DNA of 57,373 nucleotides from a virus (Duplodnaviria; Caudoviricetes). The stretch spans positions 1 to 57,373 of the IMG/VR virus record IMGVR_UViG_3300025835_000003; one strand, given 5' to 3'. Position 1 is the stretch's first letter. Each line of letters opens with the position of its first letter. The position numbers and the translations under genes were made by a program. The notes below the pieces were generated by a model. It was given only the letters and a program-made list of their open reading frames with translations, did no database searches and had not been told where the DNA came from. Of the stretch, positions 56,482 through 57,373 are shown in pieces.

Positions 56482-56886
56482 ATGGCACTACAATACTCAC
56501 CAGCGCTCAGAGATGCACAGAATGATCAGATAGAAACGGTCATTGGGGCATCTCCTCGTGCACACATACGATCAGGGCCTCCGCCTGCCAACACAGCCGC
56601 TGTTGATGCAGGAACACTGCTGGTGGATATTCCTTTACCCGCAGATTGGTTGGCAGCAAGCGCCAGCGGAACAAAGTCTAAGTTGGGTACTTGGTCTGCT
56701 ACTGCAATAGCAACAGGAACGGCGGGGCATTTTCGAATCAAGAACTCCGGGGCAACACTCACGCATGTACAAGGAACGATTACTGCAACGGGAGGCGGAG
56801 GCGATATGACTACAGATACTATTGCTATCAATTCCGGTGCAGTTGTATCAATTGATACCTTTTCGGTTACCCGTGGAAATGCTTAA
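56482..56886 (+). CDS. Small virion fibre/structural protein
   Basis: MALQYSPALR...IRSG..PAN...GTAGHFRI...GGGDMT family. Confidence 0.75.
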   Translation: MALQYSPALRDAQNDQIETVIGASPRAHIRSGPPPANTAAVDAGTLLVDIPLPADWLAASASGTKSKLGTWSATAIATGTAGHFRIKNSGATLTHVQGTITATGGGGDMTTDTIAINSGAVVSIDTFSVTRGNA

Positions 56887-56904
56887 GTTGCTTAGGAGAA
56901 TATA

Positions 56905-57373
56905 ATGGGAACCATCACTCACGCCAAATCATCTTCTATTCCAGATAGCGCAGATACTACACAAATAAGGCCAAGCGACTGGAACGCCAATCATGTTATA
57001 AATCTCGTGAAAGCAGATGTTGGCTTATCTAGTGTAGATAATACATCTGATCTTAATAAACCCATATCCAATGCTACGCAAACAGCGCTGGATGGTAAAG
57101 CTCCTCTTTCTCACGTTGGTAGTGGAGGTACCGCCCACACGGTGGCTACTCCAGCAAATGCTGGATTCATGTCTTCAGCCGATAAGTCTAAATTAGATGG
57201 TATTGAAGCAGGAGCCAAAACAGGTACGGTGAGTAGTGTTGAGGTATCGGGGGGAACCACGGGGCTAACTACTTCGGGAGGTCCGGTCACCGGTTCCGGC
57301 ACGGTGACTCTGGCGGGCACGCTTGCGGTAGCTAACGGTGGCACCGGGGCTACCACGGCGGCCGCTGCCCGCA
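56905..57373 (+). CDS. Tail fibre protein, 5' part (join 56905..57173,1..688; 318 aa)
   Basis: AGGAG then ATG at 56905; MGTITHAKSS...KADVGLSSVDNTSDLNKPISNATQTALDGKA is a typical fibre repeat. The frame continues across the junction into ORF 56..688. Confidence 0.85.
   Translation, partial: MGTITHAKSSSIPDSADTTQIRPSDWNANHVINLVKADVGLSSVDNTSDLNKPISNATQTALDGKAPLSHVGSGGTAHTVATPANAGFMSSADKSKLDGIEAGAKTGTVSSVEVSGGTTGLTTSGGPVTGSGTVTLAGTLAVANGGTGATTAAAAR
57174..57373. repeat. Assembly terminal overlap, copy 2
   Basis: Direct repeat of 1-200. Confidence 0.97.

Noticed and set aside
54093-57373. Diversity-generating retroelement or invertible fibre cassette
   Set aside because: No reverse transcriptase or invertase, and the repeat copies lack adenine-specific differences.

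Overview
The window is a complete, circularly assembled dsDNA tailed-phage genome of about 57,173 bp: bases 1-200 recur at 57174-57373 with one mismatch. It looks podovirus-like, with two gene arms. The minus-strand early/replication arm (about 26.6 kb to 9.2 kb) encodes small early paralogues, a CAU tRNA, deaminase, primase, helicase, family A DNA polymerase, class II RNR, exonuclease, endonuclease I and a phosphoesterase. The plus-strand late arm (27.3 kb, through the window junction, to 7.6 kb) encodes a lysozyme, TerS/TerL, portal, scaffold, N4-gp56-type major capsid protein, adaptor, nozzle, ejection proteins including a 2370-aa polyvalent protein, fibre genes and a lysis cassette. I found no RNA polymerase, sigma factor, integrase or repressor. 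Two GC-rich segments look host-derived: an intact IS5-family element where the arms converge, and a BstYI-like restriction-modification operon with an intact methylase and an endonuclease truncated to 51 codons. The most unusual signal is the non-coding divergence region (26.7-27.3 kb, the probable physical genome end). It is packed with near-consensus sites for unrelated host regulators (NtrC box, Zur box, three TetR-type palindromes and others). The late arm is preceded by two sigmaE/AlgU-consensus promoters. All family assignments come from motif recognition by eye; no searches were run.
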